Below the pieces are notes generated by a model. The model did not search any database. It was not told the origin of the DNA and saw only the letters and a program-made list of their open reading frames with translations. From the NCBI GenBank assembly GCA_012295275.1, contig CM022677.1, forward strand, positions 13,950,001-14,014,000: a stretch of 64,000 nt of DNA. The letters are read 5' to 3'. The stretch's first letter is position 1. The number at the start of each line of letters is the position of its first letter. Below, piece after piece: positions 12,027 through 24,990 of the stretch. Position numbers and translations under genes: made by a program. Origin of the DNA: Chrysomallon squamiferum. Lineage: Eukaryota; Animalia; Mollusca.

Positions 12027-15000
12027 AACTATTCTGTTATTTTGTAGTTTATTTCAAGAATATATTTATACATCCAGTGTAAAATAAAACATTTGAATTA
12101 TAAAAATAAAATTCTTCTGTCATTATTTCATTTAAATTTTAATTTTTGGCTTTTATTATTTTTTTACATTGCTGTTATATATATGTCTGTGTGTAAAATA
12201 TAATTAATGTGTATAATATCAATGTAGTACTCTTATTATAAATGTATTAATAACAGCTAATACAGATTATTGGGTGTGTTTTTTTTTGGGGGGGATGGAG
12301 GTTCCAAGCGCACTCAACTATTCTACTTCATTTTCTTCTTTTTGTTTTGCTTGACTTACTTTTTAAAATTTTCTCTTCAGACATGGAGAAGAAGAAAATC
12401 TCTCTCTCTCTCTCTCTTCTGACACACACACACATACATACACACACACACATTCACATTTCACTCACTCACACACACACACATTCACACTCACTCATTC
12501 ACTCACATACTCTCATACACCCACATACACCGCACACAGTCACAGCCATCAAAAATAAAATAGGATAAACAACCGCACGAACGAAAATTAAAAAATATAT
12601 ATGTATACATATGTAAAATAACGATGTTTTAAAGGGGGCTGTTCTTAATTTCTTAGTGTCCGCATCCCATTAAAATGTATTATTAGTTTTTATTAATATC
12701 GCCGTTGTTGTCGTCATAACGATTTTGTTTCTGACTTTATTACTTACTTAGTTATTAATTTAATTATTTATTTATTTTGGCATGCTTGCACGAAAATAAT
12801 GCAATATTCCTATTGCAATCAATCTTGCTGGTCTTATACAAGTGTTATTATTTACTTCTCAATTTGTTAAACATAGCAAATAATCTTCTAAACAGGTATA
12901 TACTATTCTAACCTGATAATAAATATTATGTTCTGCATCTAGTAATGTTAAATTACTGCTTCAAAAATGTCTTATTTCTATATTTAAAAATCTATCTGAA
13001 AAATGAAAGAAGCATGAAATTCCACTAGTGTTCATTAAAATAGTTAGTCTTTCAAAAAAATCATAAAAACATTATTAAAAATATGGAGAAATATCTCTAA
13101 GCACAGTGACAACAATGACAGACTTTCACTGAAATTGTCTCATTTATATATGAGAAAGGTTTTTATTTTTACTATATGAATCAAAGAAAAATGTCAACAT
13201 GAAAACATTAATGAAATATCCATATTTATATAATCTGTTCATTCTTTGAGTGTTTGAATGAAAGTAAAATATATCATTCAGCTGTCTCTCTCATTCACTT
13301 AGCTGTCTTTATAACTTGTCTCTGTCTCATTTGTATCTAACTTGTCTCCGTAATTTGTCTCTGCCTCATTCACTTGTTTCTGTCTATCTCTATTTATAAT
13401 TAGTTTCGACAAATTTGGACTGTTGACATCTGCAGTTTTTTTAATCAAATGGTTGTTAGAATGAGCAAAAATAAATATCAGATTTTTGGTTATTAGTACC
13501 TTAATTTTCACTACTAACAGATGTAAACAAAAATTTGATTACTGTTACTTCAATTAATATTTTATCAAGAGAGAATAAAAAGTACAACTCACACCAGTAA
13601 TCTCTAGAGAGAATTCATTTAAATTATGTAAAATAAAGTAGTTATTAATGTTATTATTATTACTACTATTATTATTGTTATTACTATTATTACTATTATT
13701 ATTGTTGTTCTTGTTATTACTATTATTGTTATTATTATTGTTATTGTTGTTATTATTATAATAAATAACTCTGCCTGTCTTTATTCACTGGGTTTCTTCA
13801 CTTGGAAATAAAACTAAACAACTTTCTTAGCTGAAATAGATGAGTTTTTTTTTATTGCATACAAAGTAACATTAAACATGATAATGCCCATTTAACAATT
13901 TGTAAACTTTACCATCATGATCATGTCTGTTTTTCATAAAGTAACTATTCACACCAGCCCACAGAAACATTTACATATTATTTCAGATTCAGTATGTGCC
14001 TTTACAATGTCTTTGTGTACGTTTTTACTGATCTAGGTTGCATAATGGGAAATTTAATTAAATTTATATACATTATAGGCCACCAAATGAGAAATTTATA
14101 TCATTTAAAATATATTTAAATTAATATGTGGACACAATCTATTTTTAATGAATTTTTGTTTTAGACAGGAGCTGAAAAAAGGGAAATTTACATATATTTA
14201 AAACATTTTTAAATTAAAATGTCATAACAATCTATTTTAATGAATGTTTAACAATATAGGCCAACAAATAAGAAATCTGCATATAATTCCATATTTAAGG
14301 TGTTAACGTAAAATATATATTTTTTAATACATTTTTTAATAGACCATTAGGCCAACTAAAGGGAAATTATCTTATTCTTAAAGGTTTTAGTTTGTCTACA
14401 AATACAAAGTCTGCTGATGTGAAACTCTATTTCCAGATGTAATCAGTTGCAGAAACTGATACATCTAAACATTTTTAAATTTCTGAGTTATACAAACATA
14501 TATCCATCTTATTTCTTTTTATTCATTCAAATTCAGACCATACTCTTAAATTGTGAAAGAGAACGTTTTGTTTAATAATACAAGAATCATCTCTCACTTA
14601 GCAAAACAGCACTTTTGAAAACATATTTATAAAAACAAAATTAGATCACTTTTCATGATGTTAGAGAGCCACAAACAATTCAGTGTGATTCTAATTATGC
14701 ATAATGAAGACACATATCACAAATAAGTTTTGCATATAATCAGCTAATAACAAATATTTTCAACACTTGTGAATTAAAAAAAGCCTAACAGCTGGTGTAA
14801 TATCATGATGAAACAAATACAGCATTACCCCATTTAGTTAAAATCAAAGATGGTGAATATTAATAAGAATTATTTTGATAACAGTAGTAGTAGTGGAAGT
14901 AATAATAGTATAAGAGAAAAAAATAAATAAACAAATAAATATATAAAATTAGTTTATGGTATTAAGGTACTATGGGGTAAAATAACAAAAATAAAGATTA

Positions 15001-15078
15001 TATATTAGATATGTCAATAATATTACAGAAATACTAATGCTATCACTACAAAACAAAACAAAAAGAAGATATGTTTAC

Positions 15079-15290
15079 CTGTTAGCTCGTTTCAGGTCAT
15101 TGACAAACTCTGCTGACTGCTGATGTCTGATTTCTGAGTTTTTAGAGATTTTCTCTAAAGCAGCCACTAACTCTTGTACTTTGAGTCGTTTTTCTCTTCT
15201 GAGTGACTCACACAGGTCCTGAGCTATCTCCATCACATCATTCAATCTCAACTCACAGATAGCTGGCGCTGTCAGCTCATCATCTTCATC
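15079..15290 (-). pseudogene. MCC: MCC (mutated in colorectal cancers)-like exon, near the C-terminus
   Basis: AG/GT-bounded 212-nt exon translating to ...SLRREKRLKVQELVAALEKISKNSEIRHQQSAEFVNDLKRAN. This matches the MCC motif VQELVSALERLTKSSEIRHQQSAEFVNDLKRAN as recalled. The neighbouring exons were not found. Confidence 0.85.
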
Positions 15291-16199
15291 CTGATGATAA
15301 ATTATTATTCATTTAGAACTTTAGTAATTATGAAAGCTATCAGATTATCATTTTTATCATGATGATAACCAATGAAAACTTGATTATAATAATAAACCTA
15401 AATTGTAATGATTTATACCAATAAGATTATTATAATAATTATCAGATTATAATGATCATCCTGCTGATAAATGATTGAAACTCAGTTATATAATAAAATT
15501 AGAATTATGAATGTTGTCTGTTCCTTACCTTAACACCTTGATGAATCAAAGTTTAAAACATTTAAAATTTTAATAATTATTATCATAATGATATATTTAA
15601 AATTTAAAAAGTAATTATGAAAAAGTGTTTCAGTGGTTATGGCATACAAAATCAATATTATGATATAACCTATCATTATTACCTATTATTATTACATTTC
15701 TATTACACTCAGTATTCTTAGAAAATATACAAGTTAAAATTATAATAAAGAACTGTAATAAACAGTATCAGTAGTTATGACACAATGATCTATACAGTAA
15801 GTTTGTATTATTTGGTTTTCTCTGTTTATATGAACAAGTCAATGAATTTAGAATACTTATTTGATAAAATAAACAGACATATTCTATAAATATTATTTAG
15901 ATTTTTTCTCATTTTAGATCATGTTTAAAACACACAAAAGTGACAAATAAAAAAATGTGACATATCTACTGTGTATGTTATTATTATATTTGTTCCCCTG
16001 TTTATATAATTATATCTGTCTAATTGCTAGATTAAGTAAGAGAAAATCACGTTTCTGTTTGCCCAGTCTGTTTATATAATTATATAGATACTATTTAAAA
16101 CAGAAAATATTTTTAAATACATAGAATAAACATAATAATAAATATAAAACAAAGACCAAAGTGTTATTAATAAAATAATATGAAAAGAAATAGAAGACA

Positions 16200-16325
16200 A
16201 TTTTTATATTAATTTATTCAAATTGTTAAAAACACAAACACAATGAGAGAAGACTCCTGTTCACAAATAATAATGGGTTATTCTCTTTTAAGATTAGCAG
16301 CAAGGAATTTTTATACAGACAGAAC
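16200..16325 (-). mobile_element. Degraded SINE fragment (probable)
   Basis: ATGGGTTATTCTCTTTTAAGATTAGCAGCAAGGAATTTTTATACAGACAG resembles the reverse complement of the body of a gastropod tRNA-derived SINE as I recall it. The ...ACAGACAG end is shared with the start of the 21.8 kb array. Confidence 0.45.
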
Positions 16326-16346
16326 AACAAATTTAGTAACACAGAC

Positions 16347-16577
16347 CTTCATAGCCATCAGCTCCTGCATTAACACAGATTTTCCAAATCCAGTCTTTGA
16401 GCTTCTGGAGTTTTCTTGGGTTCATCAAGCAGAGGATCACAGTGTAAACTCTCCAGCTCCATGACGGTCATGACCACTGCCCAGTCATTCTTCAGTGACT
16501 GAATGTACTCACGTAGTCTCTGTTCATCGAGTTTGGTGAAGTCAGGGTCCACTGAGCTGGCCATAGAACTGGACGTG
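16347..16577 (-). pseudogene. MCC: MCC-like exon with a 1-nt frameshift
   Basis: Translates to SSSMASSVDPDFTKLDEQRLREYIQSLKND...ELESLHCDPL...AQRLDLEN, then a frameshift, then VLMQELMAMK|GT. This matches MCC EDEQRLKDYIQQLKND...QRLDLENAVLMQELMAMK as recalled. Confidence 0.85.
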
Positions 16578-17031
16578 CTGGACAATTCAAAATGAAAAGT
16601 TGGTTTGGTAAAGATTATCACTAGTCACAAAAAAATAAGTTAATGCACTTGAAATTTATAATACTCTAATTAGGTCAAATACTTTTAAAAAGATAATTAA
16701 ATTACAGAATAGACTGTTGACTACTGAAAAATCAAAATCTATCTCACTAAAACAAAATCCCAGTCAGATGCAAAACTATGTTTTTTTTAATTACAAGTCC
16801 ATTTAGGTTAATAAAAGCAATATTAAAGGTATAAAATTGGATTTCAATAAATATAAAATAAAGATAATTTATATATATAAAAACAAAATCACTTTAAGTA
16901 TTAAAAACAAAGTGGATTTAATTCAATACAAGGTAAAACAAATAGTCCATTTAAATATAAATGCAGTTTAATTACTGAAAAACAAATTATTAATGTACAA
17001 AATAAAATCAATTTCACCATTCATCTTTAAA

Positions 17032-17231
17032 NNNNNNNNNNNNNNNNNNNNNNNNNNNNNNNNNNNNNNNNNNNNNNNNNNNNNNNNNNNNNNNNNNNNN
17101 NNNNNNNNNNNNNNNNNNNNNNNNNNNNNNNNNNNNNNNNNNNNNNNNNNNNNNNNNNNNNNNNNNNNNNNNNNNNNNNNNNNNNNNNNNNNNNNNNNNN
17201 NNNNNNNNNNNNNNNNNNNNNNNNNNNNNNN
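17032..17231. other. Assembly gap (200 N)
   Basis: Run of N. The adjacency of the two flanks is unverified. Confidence 1.
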
Positions 17232-17232
17232 T

Positions 17233-20200
17233 AAGTTGGAGAGTCTTCCACCAGGTCACCAATCTCAACATCAGATATCAGGAGAAAAAACTTGAAAAAC
17301 TTGAACATGCTAAAACCAGGCAAAGAAAAACATTAAAATGAAACACTTGACAGACGACTGTGATGGCTGTGTGTGACAGTGGCAAAGACAAAAGCCTGGA
17401 AGTTGAGCAGCAGGTGACTTAGTTTACTTCCATTAGCATTGTTTTTTTTATAGACATATTTGTCATCACTCTAACTAAAATAGTAATATTTAATTTTTAA
17501 TTTTATTTATATTTAATATTTAAATATTTATTTTTTAAAATACTGGCATTTAAACATCTCTGCATGTTTATCATAACATTTAAATTAATAGTATCCATTA
17601 GCTATACATGTGACTTTCATTTTATTGAAGAATCTAACTAGCAGAAGTAATTAGTGCAGATTTGGGATTAAATGTCTTTCTTTAATTTTTATTTATGAAT
17701 TTGTTTCTGTTTATGAGAAATAATGCTTGCCAAAACAGTCTGCTAGATCATTGTAGAAGTTCAAGATGAAAGAGGAAATAAAAGAGAGAAATGTACTCAG
17801 TGAATACAGATAGAACAAACTGTAAGCTGGAAACCATTTTGAGTTTCTTAATTGTGGCTAATCCACCTTTACTTCGAAAATTGCTAAAATGTCATCTTGT
17901 TTTGCAACTTTAATTGTGCAAGCTGAAAATTAATCTCTTTCTGGTTTTGCAGGTGATTATGAGAAGATGACAAATTCTACTGATACTGTTACTAGCCAGT
18001 CAGAGGAATTCAATAAAACTGTTCTGAAGTAAGTAGTATTGATATGTTTTATGATAGTAAATAACAGTGATGTGTTTAAGTACTTATGTACACATGAATG
18101 CAGGGCTCAAAATGGCCAGTCACCAAAGGCTACCAAAATTTCTTTCTTTCTCTTGATAAAGTAGAATTTCAGTATAACATATGTTGGTATATTTGCATAA
18201 GTGACTGCTCAAAACATATTTTTTACCTTACTTCAAAAATTAATGATCAAGTAAGTACATGTTTTCATACATTTAAAAGCAGAAACATGAATATTTTTTG
18301 TTTGGGCTACTAAAAAACAAATTAGGGTCACTGAATTTATTTCAGATGAGTTTCGAGCCTTGTTTGTATTTATGTATTTCTTACATTACAGTGTCTTTGT
18401 GTATGTGTGTGTGTGTGTGTTTCAATGTGGTATTAAATGCTTTGTTTTGGTTAGAGTCATCAGTGTAATAATGTCAGCACTGTGTGTACTAAATCCCACT
18501 ATACAGGTTTAAGCAAACAACAGTTTAAAACATGTATAATTACATGTAACATGACATGATACCATCAGTCCTAGTTTTCAGTTATGTCTATTGAAATCAT
18601 GTAGAGTTTTTGCATGTATGTGCATTTTATTTATACTGACGTTTTATATTATGCTGAGGTTTCCTTATTTCAGTCATTGCAGACATTAGTTAAATTAGTT
18701 CAGGAAACACATTTTATGTTCAGCAGTTCGTGTTGCATCCATCATTTTCCTTAACTAGCAAAATATCAGCAATATCCAGATTTGTTTTCCCATTAGGACA
18801 GCTGTCTCAACTGTATATTTGTATTTCAGTTCACCAACTTATCAGATGAAGAAATTGAAGTAAGTAAATTTCTAATCTGCTTTTATTTAGAATTTTACTT
18901 AAAGATGTGATTTGTTTGTTATTTTAGATTAATGATTTATGTCTTGAGATCTTTCAATGTGATAAACAATACTTATGTGAAAAACGGTTATTAACTCAAT
19001 TAGAGTAGGTTCTTTGTTTTGGACAGGGTGTATGATTTTAGTTTTTATTAAATACAGTAATAATTCTTCTTTTTCCTCATTTATGTTTAACTTACTATAT
19101 TAGACAATCTTCACTCAGTTTAGTCAGAAAATAAAATAAGAAGCTTATGAAAAGTTGATGTTTTCCTATTTAAAAATCCATATTATAGATACAAATGTTA
19201 AAAAAATCAATCAAACAAACACACACACACACACTCAAACACACACACATACATACACACACAAAATATATATTGTATGCCATATCCTCAGTCTTTCAGG
19301 AATTTTATGTTTCCTATTGACAAAATGATGACAGAACTAATAAAATGTCTGCTTATTATTTTATTAACATACTTTATTATTTTCAGTGTAATGTGACTTG
19401 AATGTTCTTACATTAACGTTTGATTGAATGTATATATTACAGTTTATTTTTGGTATTTTAACTAGACTAAGTTCCTGACCTTCAAGATGGACAAATTAAC
19501 TCAAGAGCAGAGAAAAGAGAGTCAAGAAAGGTCGTGGAACATTCCTGAAAAGAACATAGACCATGAACTACATGGCTTAAGGAATGATGTTGAGGTATGT
19601 GTGAAATCAGTTCATAAAGAAAAACAGATCTATGTTAATTGTGTTGAAGATGTTTCTGAGTCTAAAATTCTTCTTTACCTTTAATTATGTGAATCAAATT
19701 CATCTTTATTTTAGACATGTTTTTATCTCTTTAGATTATTTTTCAGTAAATAATTTGAATTGATAACTGCATCATTAAATCTCACTAGAATACAAAACAA
19801 AGTATTTAAAAAAGGTTATGTTTCAATTTTTAGTTTACTATAATTATATTGATTCATGCAGACTTAATTAATTGAATTGTTTTATAACAAGGAAATGTCA
19901 TTATTTACTGAATGACATTCAGATCTTTCACCATGTATTTATAGGAACTGAAGAAACCAATATACTAAACTGTGGATTTAAACTCTTTATTTTCAGAAGT
20001 TAAATCAGCTTGTTAAGGATAGAAATATTCAAGAAATTGTTGATCAATACAAACTCAGATTGACATTTTGGAACAAAGAGCAGCTCGAGTCTCCAGTAGA
20101 GTTGAAGTATTTGGTGCTGTCCAGCAGGTATTTAAATACATTATTCATTTTATTTCAGTTTTAAATATTTCTTCAGTCTTTCACAAAATTCTATGCAAAA

Positions 20201-20629
20201 TATTTTTCTTACACTGAATTAAGCAACTTACATAAAAATGTAATATATTTGTTTTTGTAAAATCATGAAAATGATTAGCAATTATTGTATACTGATGCTT
20301 TGTCTGCACATGATATATCATTTATTGAAAGAATCCGACTAATTATTTGTTCAGTTATAAAGACACCTACCTGCCTGTCTGATTTTAAGATTCTTTTTAC
20401 TTTACTCTAACTTTTTTACTTTATTTTATTTATTTATTTGTATTTATTTATTTATAAAAGGAGCAATAAGTAATAACCAGATAATTCTACAAGTAAAATC
20501 AGTACAAATATAATTCTGTGTGTTTTTGTAGGAGATGAGACTCAGTTGTACAATGGAGGTAATGGTTACTCATGTTGGGAACATTAAACAATCACACAAA
20601 AAATATCAGACAGAACTTGAAGAGAACAA
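17233..20629 (+). pseudogene. LRMP: LRMP/IRAG (MRVI1-domain) family gene fragment; exons ~17233-17413, 17953-18028, 18830-18859, 19466-19594, 19997-20127, 20532-20629
   Basis: All internal exons have AG/GT ends. The spliced translation reads LSDEEIE|TKFLTFKMDKLTQEQRKESQERSWNIPEKNIDHEL...|...QIDILEQRAARVSSRVEVFGAVQQ|EMRLSCTMEVMVTHVGNIK...ELEE. This matches LRMP [35 protein letters not shown] as recalled. Two 1-nt frameshifts and a small in-frame deletion are present. Confidence 0.8.
18101..18362. mobile_element. MITE with hAT-like TIRs
   Basis: Ends CAGGGCTCAAAA and TTTCGAGCCTTG, the same TIR family as 51025-51980. No clean TSD is visible. Confidence 0.6.
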
Positions 20630-20984
20630 GTGAGTTGACACTGTCTTTTCTCTTTAATTGACAAAGATGATAATGATATTTGTATAAAAATTCAGGTAAA
20701 AAATAATCAGAATGTAATATTTTTGTCAGAAGCTAATGTTAACTATTATCTCATTACTTGGATTTTTTATTTTATTTATTAGCCCTAATCATATAAACAT
20801 TGATGAAAAAGACTGTTAATTCAGATATTTTGTAAGAAAAAATAATGTAAATTATATGTTTCTGAATTGAAAGCTCTTAAGAATTTATTCATGTCTTTGT
20901 TGTCACTGATGTACTTAATTAAGGACGGCATTGTGTTGGCTTTTTTGTTGTTGTTGTTTTTATTATTATTATGATTATTATTAT

Positions 20985-21434
20985 TATTATTTCTTTTTCT
21001 TTTATTTTCTTACATTTCCCTTTCTCTGTATTTTCTTTTTTTCTTTCTCGAGTCTTCCATGTCCTTGCTACTGCTGCTGTTGTAGGTGCTGCTGCTGTTG
21101 TTGTTGTTGTTGTTATTCTTTTTATTTTTATTATTAACAGATATGGCAACAGCTTCAGATTCCGATGATATTCTTTCGTGTTGACTTTGTATGGAAATTT
21201 TTAACAAGCTGTGAATTCTGTATTGAGGACACTTGTTCTGCACCAAATGTCTGCAGGGCTACATAAACCACAGTTATGATAACAACGAGATAAAACTGTT
21301 CTTGTTTTGTTTCCATGCTGGTGTCGGGTGCAGACAAAAGTAAAATTGTTGTTAGTGATTATAACAATTACTGTGTAAAATGTTTTTGTTTAGAAAGAAA
21401 CTCACTGATAAACAGATACGAAACTTCCTCTCCA
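20985..21434 (+). pseudogene. Truncated, internally deleted copy of the TRIM-like gene
   Basis: Shares upstream intron sequence and the ACAG|ATATGGCAACAGC start (ATG 21143). The RING region has three in-frame TGA stops and then joins GTTTCCATGCTGGTGTC...GAAACTTCCTCTCC, which corresponds to 10906-11030. Confidence 0.93.
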
Positions 21435-21764
21435 ACATCTGTTAACATGGTAAAGCACTTTTACCTTGGGTGGGTGTTTTGTGTGTCAGTGTGTGTGAAT
21501 GTGTTTTGTGGATGTGTTTATTATTTGCTTGTTTTTGTTTTTTTAATTTTATTACCTAGGTCAAAGTTATAATACTTTATTCATGTTAGACAGTTATATA
21601 GATTTTTAACTTAAATAATATGGAGAAATTATTGAGTGTTCATTGCAGATTTGAATATATGCTTAAAAAGTCATTTTACATTAAACACATGTCAAATTTC
21701 CATCAGTCATTCAGTGACTGACAAAAACAACAAGTATTATAATATCACATTTTAGATTTTATAT

Positions 21765-24285
21765 TCCACAGACAGGATAGTACATACCACAGTCTGTAAC
21801 AACTAGACACGATGCACTGCCTTGAACAGACTCACTGACAGGGTAGTACATACCACAGACTATAATATACTAGACACGATGCATTGCCTTGAATAAAAAG
21901 ACTCACTGACAGGATAGTACACACCAGAGTCTGTAATATACTAAACAAGATGCATTGCCTTGAACAAACGAACACACTGACAGGATAGTACATACCACAG
22001 TCTGTAATACTAGATAGACTGCACTGCCTTGAACAAACACACTCACTGACAGGGTAGTGCATACCACAGACTGTCATATACTAAACAAGATCCATTGCCT
22101 TGAACAAACAAACTCACTGACAGGATAGTACATACCACAGTCTATAATATACTAGATAGAGTGCACTGCCTTGAACAAAGATACTCACTGACAGGGCAGT
22201 ACATACAACAGTCTGTAATACTAGATACAGTGCACTGCCTTCAACAAAGAGACTCACTGACAGGGCAGTACATACCACAGTCTGTAATACTAGACACGAT
22301 GAACTGCCTTGAACAAAGAGACTCACTGACAGGATAGTACATACCACAAACTCTGACAAGATAATACATACCACAGTCTGTAGAATTCTAGACACGATTC
22401 ACTGCCTTGAACAAACTGACTCACTGACAGGGTAGTACATACCAGAGTGTGTAATATACAGTGAACTACCTTGAACAGTCTCACTGACAGCATAGTACAT
22501 ACCAAAGTCTGTAATATACTAGACACGATGCATTGGCTTGAACAAACATAATCTCTGACAGGATAGAACATACCACAGTCTGTAATATACTAAACACGAT
22601 GCACTGCTTTGAACAGACTCACTGACAGGATAGCACATACCACAGTCTGTAATATACTAAACACGATGCACTGCCTTGAACAGACTCACTGACAGGATAG
22701 TACGTACCATAAACTCTGACAGGATAGTACATACCATAGTCTGTAATATACTAGACACGATGCATTGCCTTGATCAAGCAGACTCACTGACATGGTAGTA
22801 CATACCACAGTCTATAATACTAGATAGACTACACTGGCTTGAAAAAACAGCCTCACTGACAGGGTAGTACATACCACAAACAGTAATATATTAGACACGA
22901 TGCACTGCTTTGAACAGACTCACTGACAGGATAGCACATACCACAATCTGCAATATACTAGATACGATGCACTGCCTTGAACAGACTCACTGACAGGATA
23001 GTACGTACCAGAAACTGACAGGGTAGTACATACCACAGTCTGTAATATACTAGACACGATGCATTGCCTTGAACAAACAGACTCACTGACAGGGTAGTAC
23101 ATACCACAGTCTGTTATATACTAGACACGATTCACTGCCTTGAACAAACAGTCCCACTGACAGGATAGTACATACCACAGTCTGTAATATAGTAGACACG
23201 ATGCACTGCGTTGTACAAACAGACTCACTGGCAGGATAGTACATACCACAGTCTGTAATATAATAGATCCGATGCATTGCCTTGAACAAACAGACTTACT
23301 GACAGGATAGTATATACCAAACTCTGTAGTATAATAGACTGAATTCACTGCCTTGAACAAACACACTCGCTGACAGGGTACATACCACAGTCTATAATAT
23401 ACTAAACACGACGCACTGCTTTCAACAGTCTCACTGACAGGATGGTACACTCCACAGTCTTTAATATAGTAGACACAAAGCACTGCCTTGAACAAACAGA
23501 CTCACTGGCAGGATAGTACATACCTCAGGCTGTAATAAACTAGACATGATTCACTGCCTTGACCAACAGACTCACTGACAGTGTAGTACATACCACAGTC
23601 TGTAATATACTGGACACGATACACTGCTTGAACAAACAGACTCACTGATAGGGTTGTACATAACACAATCTGTAATACAGTAAACACGATGCACTGCTTT
23701 GAACAGTCTCACTGACAGGATAGTACATACCACAGTATGAAGTATACTAGACACGATGCACTGCTTTGAACAGACTCACTGGCAGGATAGTACATACCAC
23801 AGTATGAAGTATACTAGACACGATGCACTGCCTTGAACAGACTCACTGGCAGGATAGTACATACCACAGTATGAAGTATACTAGACACGATGCACTGCTT
23901 TGAACAGACTCACTGGCAGGATAGTACATACCACAGTATGAAGTATACTAGACACGATGCACTGCCTTGAACAGACTCACTGGCAGGATAGTACATACTA
24001 CAGTATGAAGTATACTAGACACGATGCACTGCTTTGAACAGACTCACTGACAGGATAGTACATACCACAGTATGAAGTATACTAGACACGATGCACTGCC
24101 TTGAACAGACTCACTGGCAGGATAGTACATACTACAGTATGAAGTATACTAGACACGATGCACTGCTTTGAACAGACTCACTGACAGGATAGTATATACC
24201 ACAGTCTGTAATACTAGACATGATGCACTGGGTAGTACATACCACAGACTGTAATATACTAGATAGAGTGCACTGCCTTGAAGAA
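21765..24285. repeat. Minisatellite, ~63-71 bp unit, roughly 35-40 copies
   Basis: Unit CACTGACAGGATAGTACATACCACAGTCTGTAATATACTAGACACGATGCACTGCCTTGAACAGACT. Near-identical 67-bp units occur at 23701-24180. Confidence 0.97.
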
Positions 24286-24287
24286 AC

Positions 24288-24560
24288 AGTCAGCCATATT
24301 GAATTGTGGACGGGAGTGGGTGAATAGTAAAGATATAAAATGACATTAGTTACACCTTTCATCTTCAAATCCCAAAATAATGTTAGTAACAAACTATGTA
24401 AGAACCTTACCAAACTAAGAATCAGCTACTCAACTAATCTAAACTCAATCAAATTCAAACACAAAGTAAGCACAACACCAAACTGTAGCTATGGAATTTC
24501 TAAAACCATGAAACATTACGTATTTCTATGTCCACATTTTTCCAGTGAACAGATTTTCTC
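24288..24560 (+). mobile_element. Non-LTR retrotransposon (LINE) ORF2 C-terminal relic
   Basis: TKLRISYSTNLNSIKFKHKVSTTPNCSYGISKTMKHYVFLCP fits the post-RT motif RLRxxH...PxCxCGxxETxxHxxxxCP. A paralog lies at 48963-49220. Confidence 0.7.
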
Positions 24561-24719
24561 ATAGTTCAATAAACTCGATGTATTGGCTTACCTTATTTTG
24601 CCAACATCTAAAATGAAATATCCAAATTCTTTATTAATTAAAATAGACAGAAAAACTGAGTCCTAGTTATTCAAATCAGCTGGTAATAAAGGTTCAAACA
24701 AACTTTTTTTGTTTTTTTT

Positions 24720-24990
24720 ATTCCGGGTAAGTAACCCTACTGGAATTGAAAAGAAAAACAGTAGCAAATACGAGGTTATAGAGTTATCTCCCATGATAAC
24801 TTGTTCCGTTAACCAACCGATAATTCTTTATCCTGACGGTTTAAAAAGTTCGCTAGAATTGTTCGTTGGCTTCACTTTAGCGAACTAATACTTGAATTAA
24901 TAAGGAAAAACAATAGCAAACTCTTGCTGATAGAGTTATCGCCTGTGATAAACTGTTTTGTTAACCAACCGATAACTCTATAACGTAACG
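24720..24990 (+). repeat. ~150-bp tandem unit containing AGAGTTATCTCCC...GTTAACCAACCGATAA; second copy at 51480-51780
   Basis: Two units here and two at 51480-51740, matched directly by eye. Confidence 0.8.

Noticed and set aside
16993-17323. ORFs spanning the N run
   Set aside because: They are an artefact of the assembly gap.
21143-21300. Selenocysteine recoding in the TRIM copy (three TGA, two at Cys codons)
   Set aside because: One TGA replaces an Arg CGA codon, consistent with CpG decay. The copy is truncated and deleted, and no SECIS was recognised.
21765-24285. CRISPR-like array
   Set aside because: The units are contiguous tandem copies with no unique spacers, there are no cas genes, and the context is eukaryotic.
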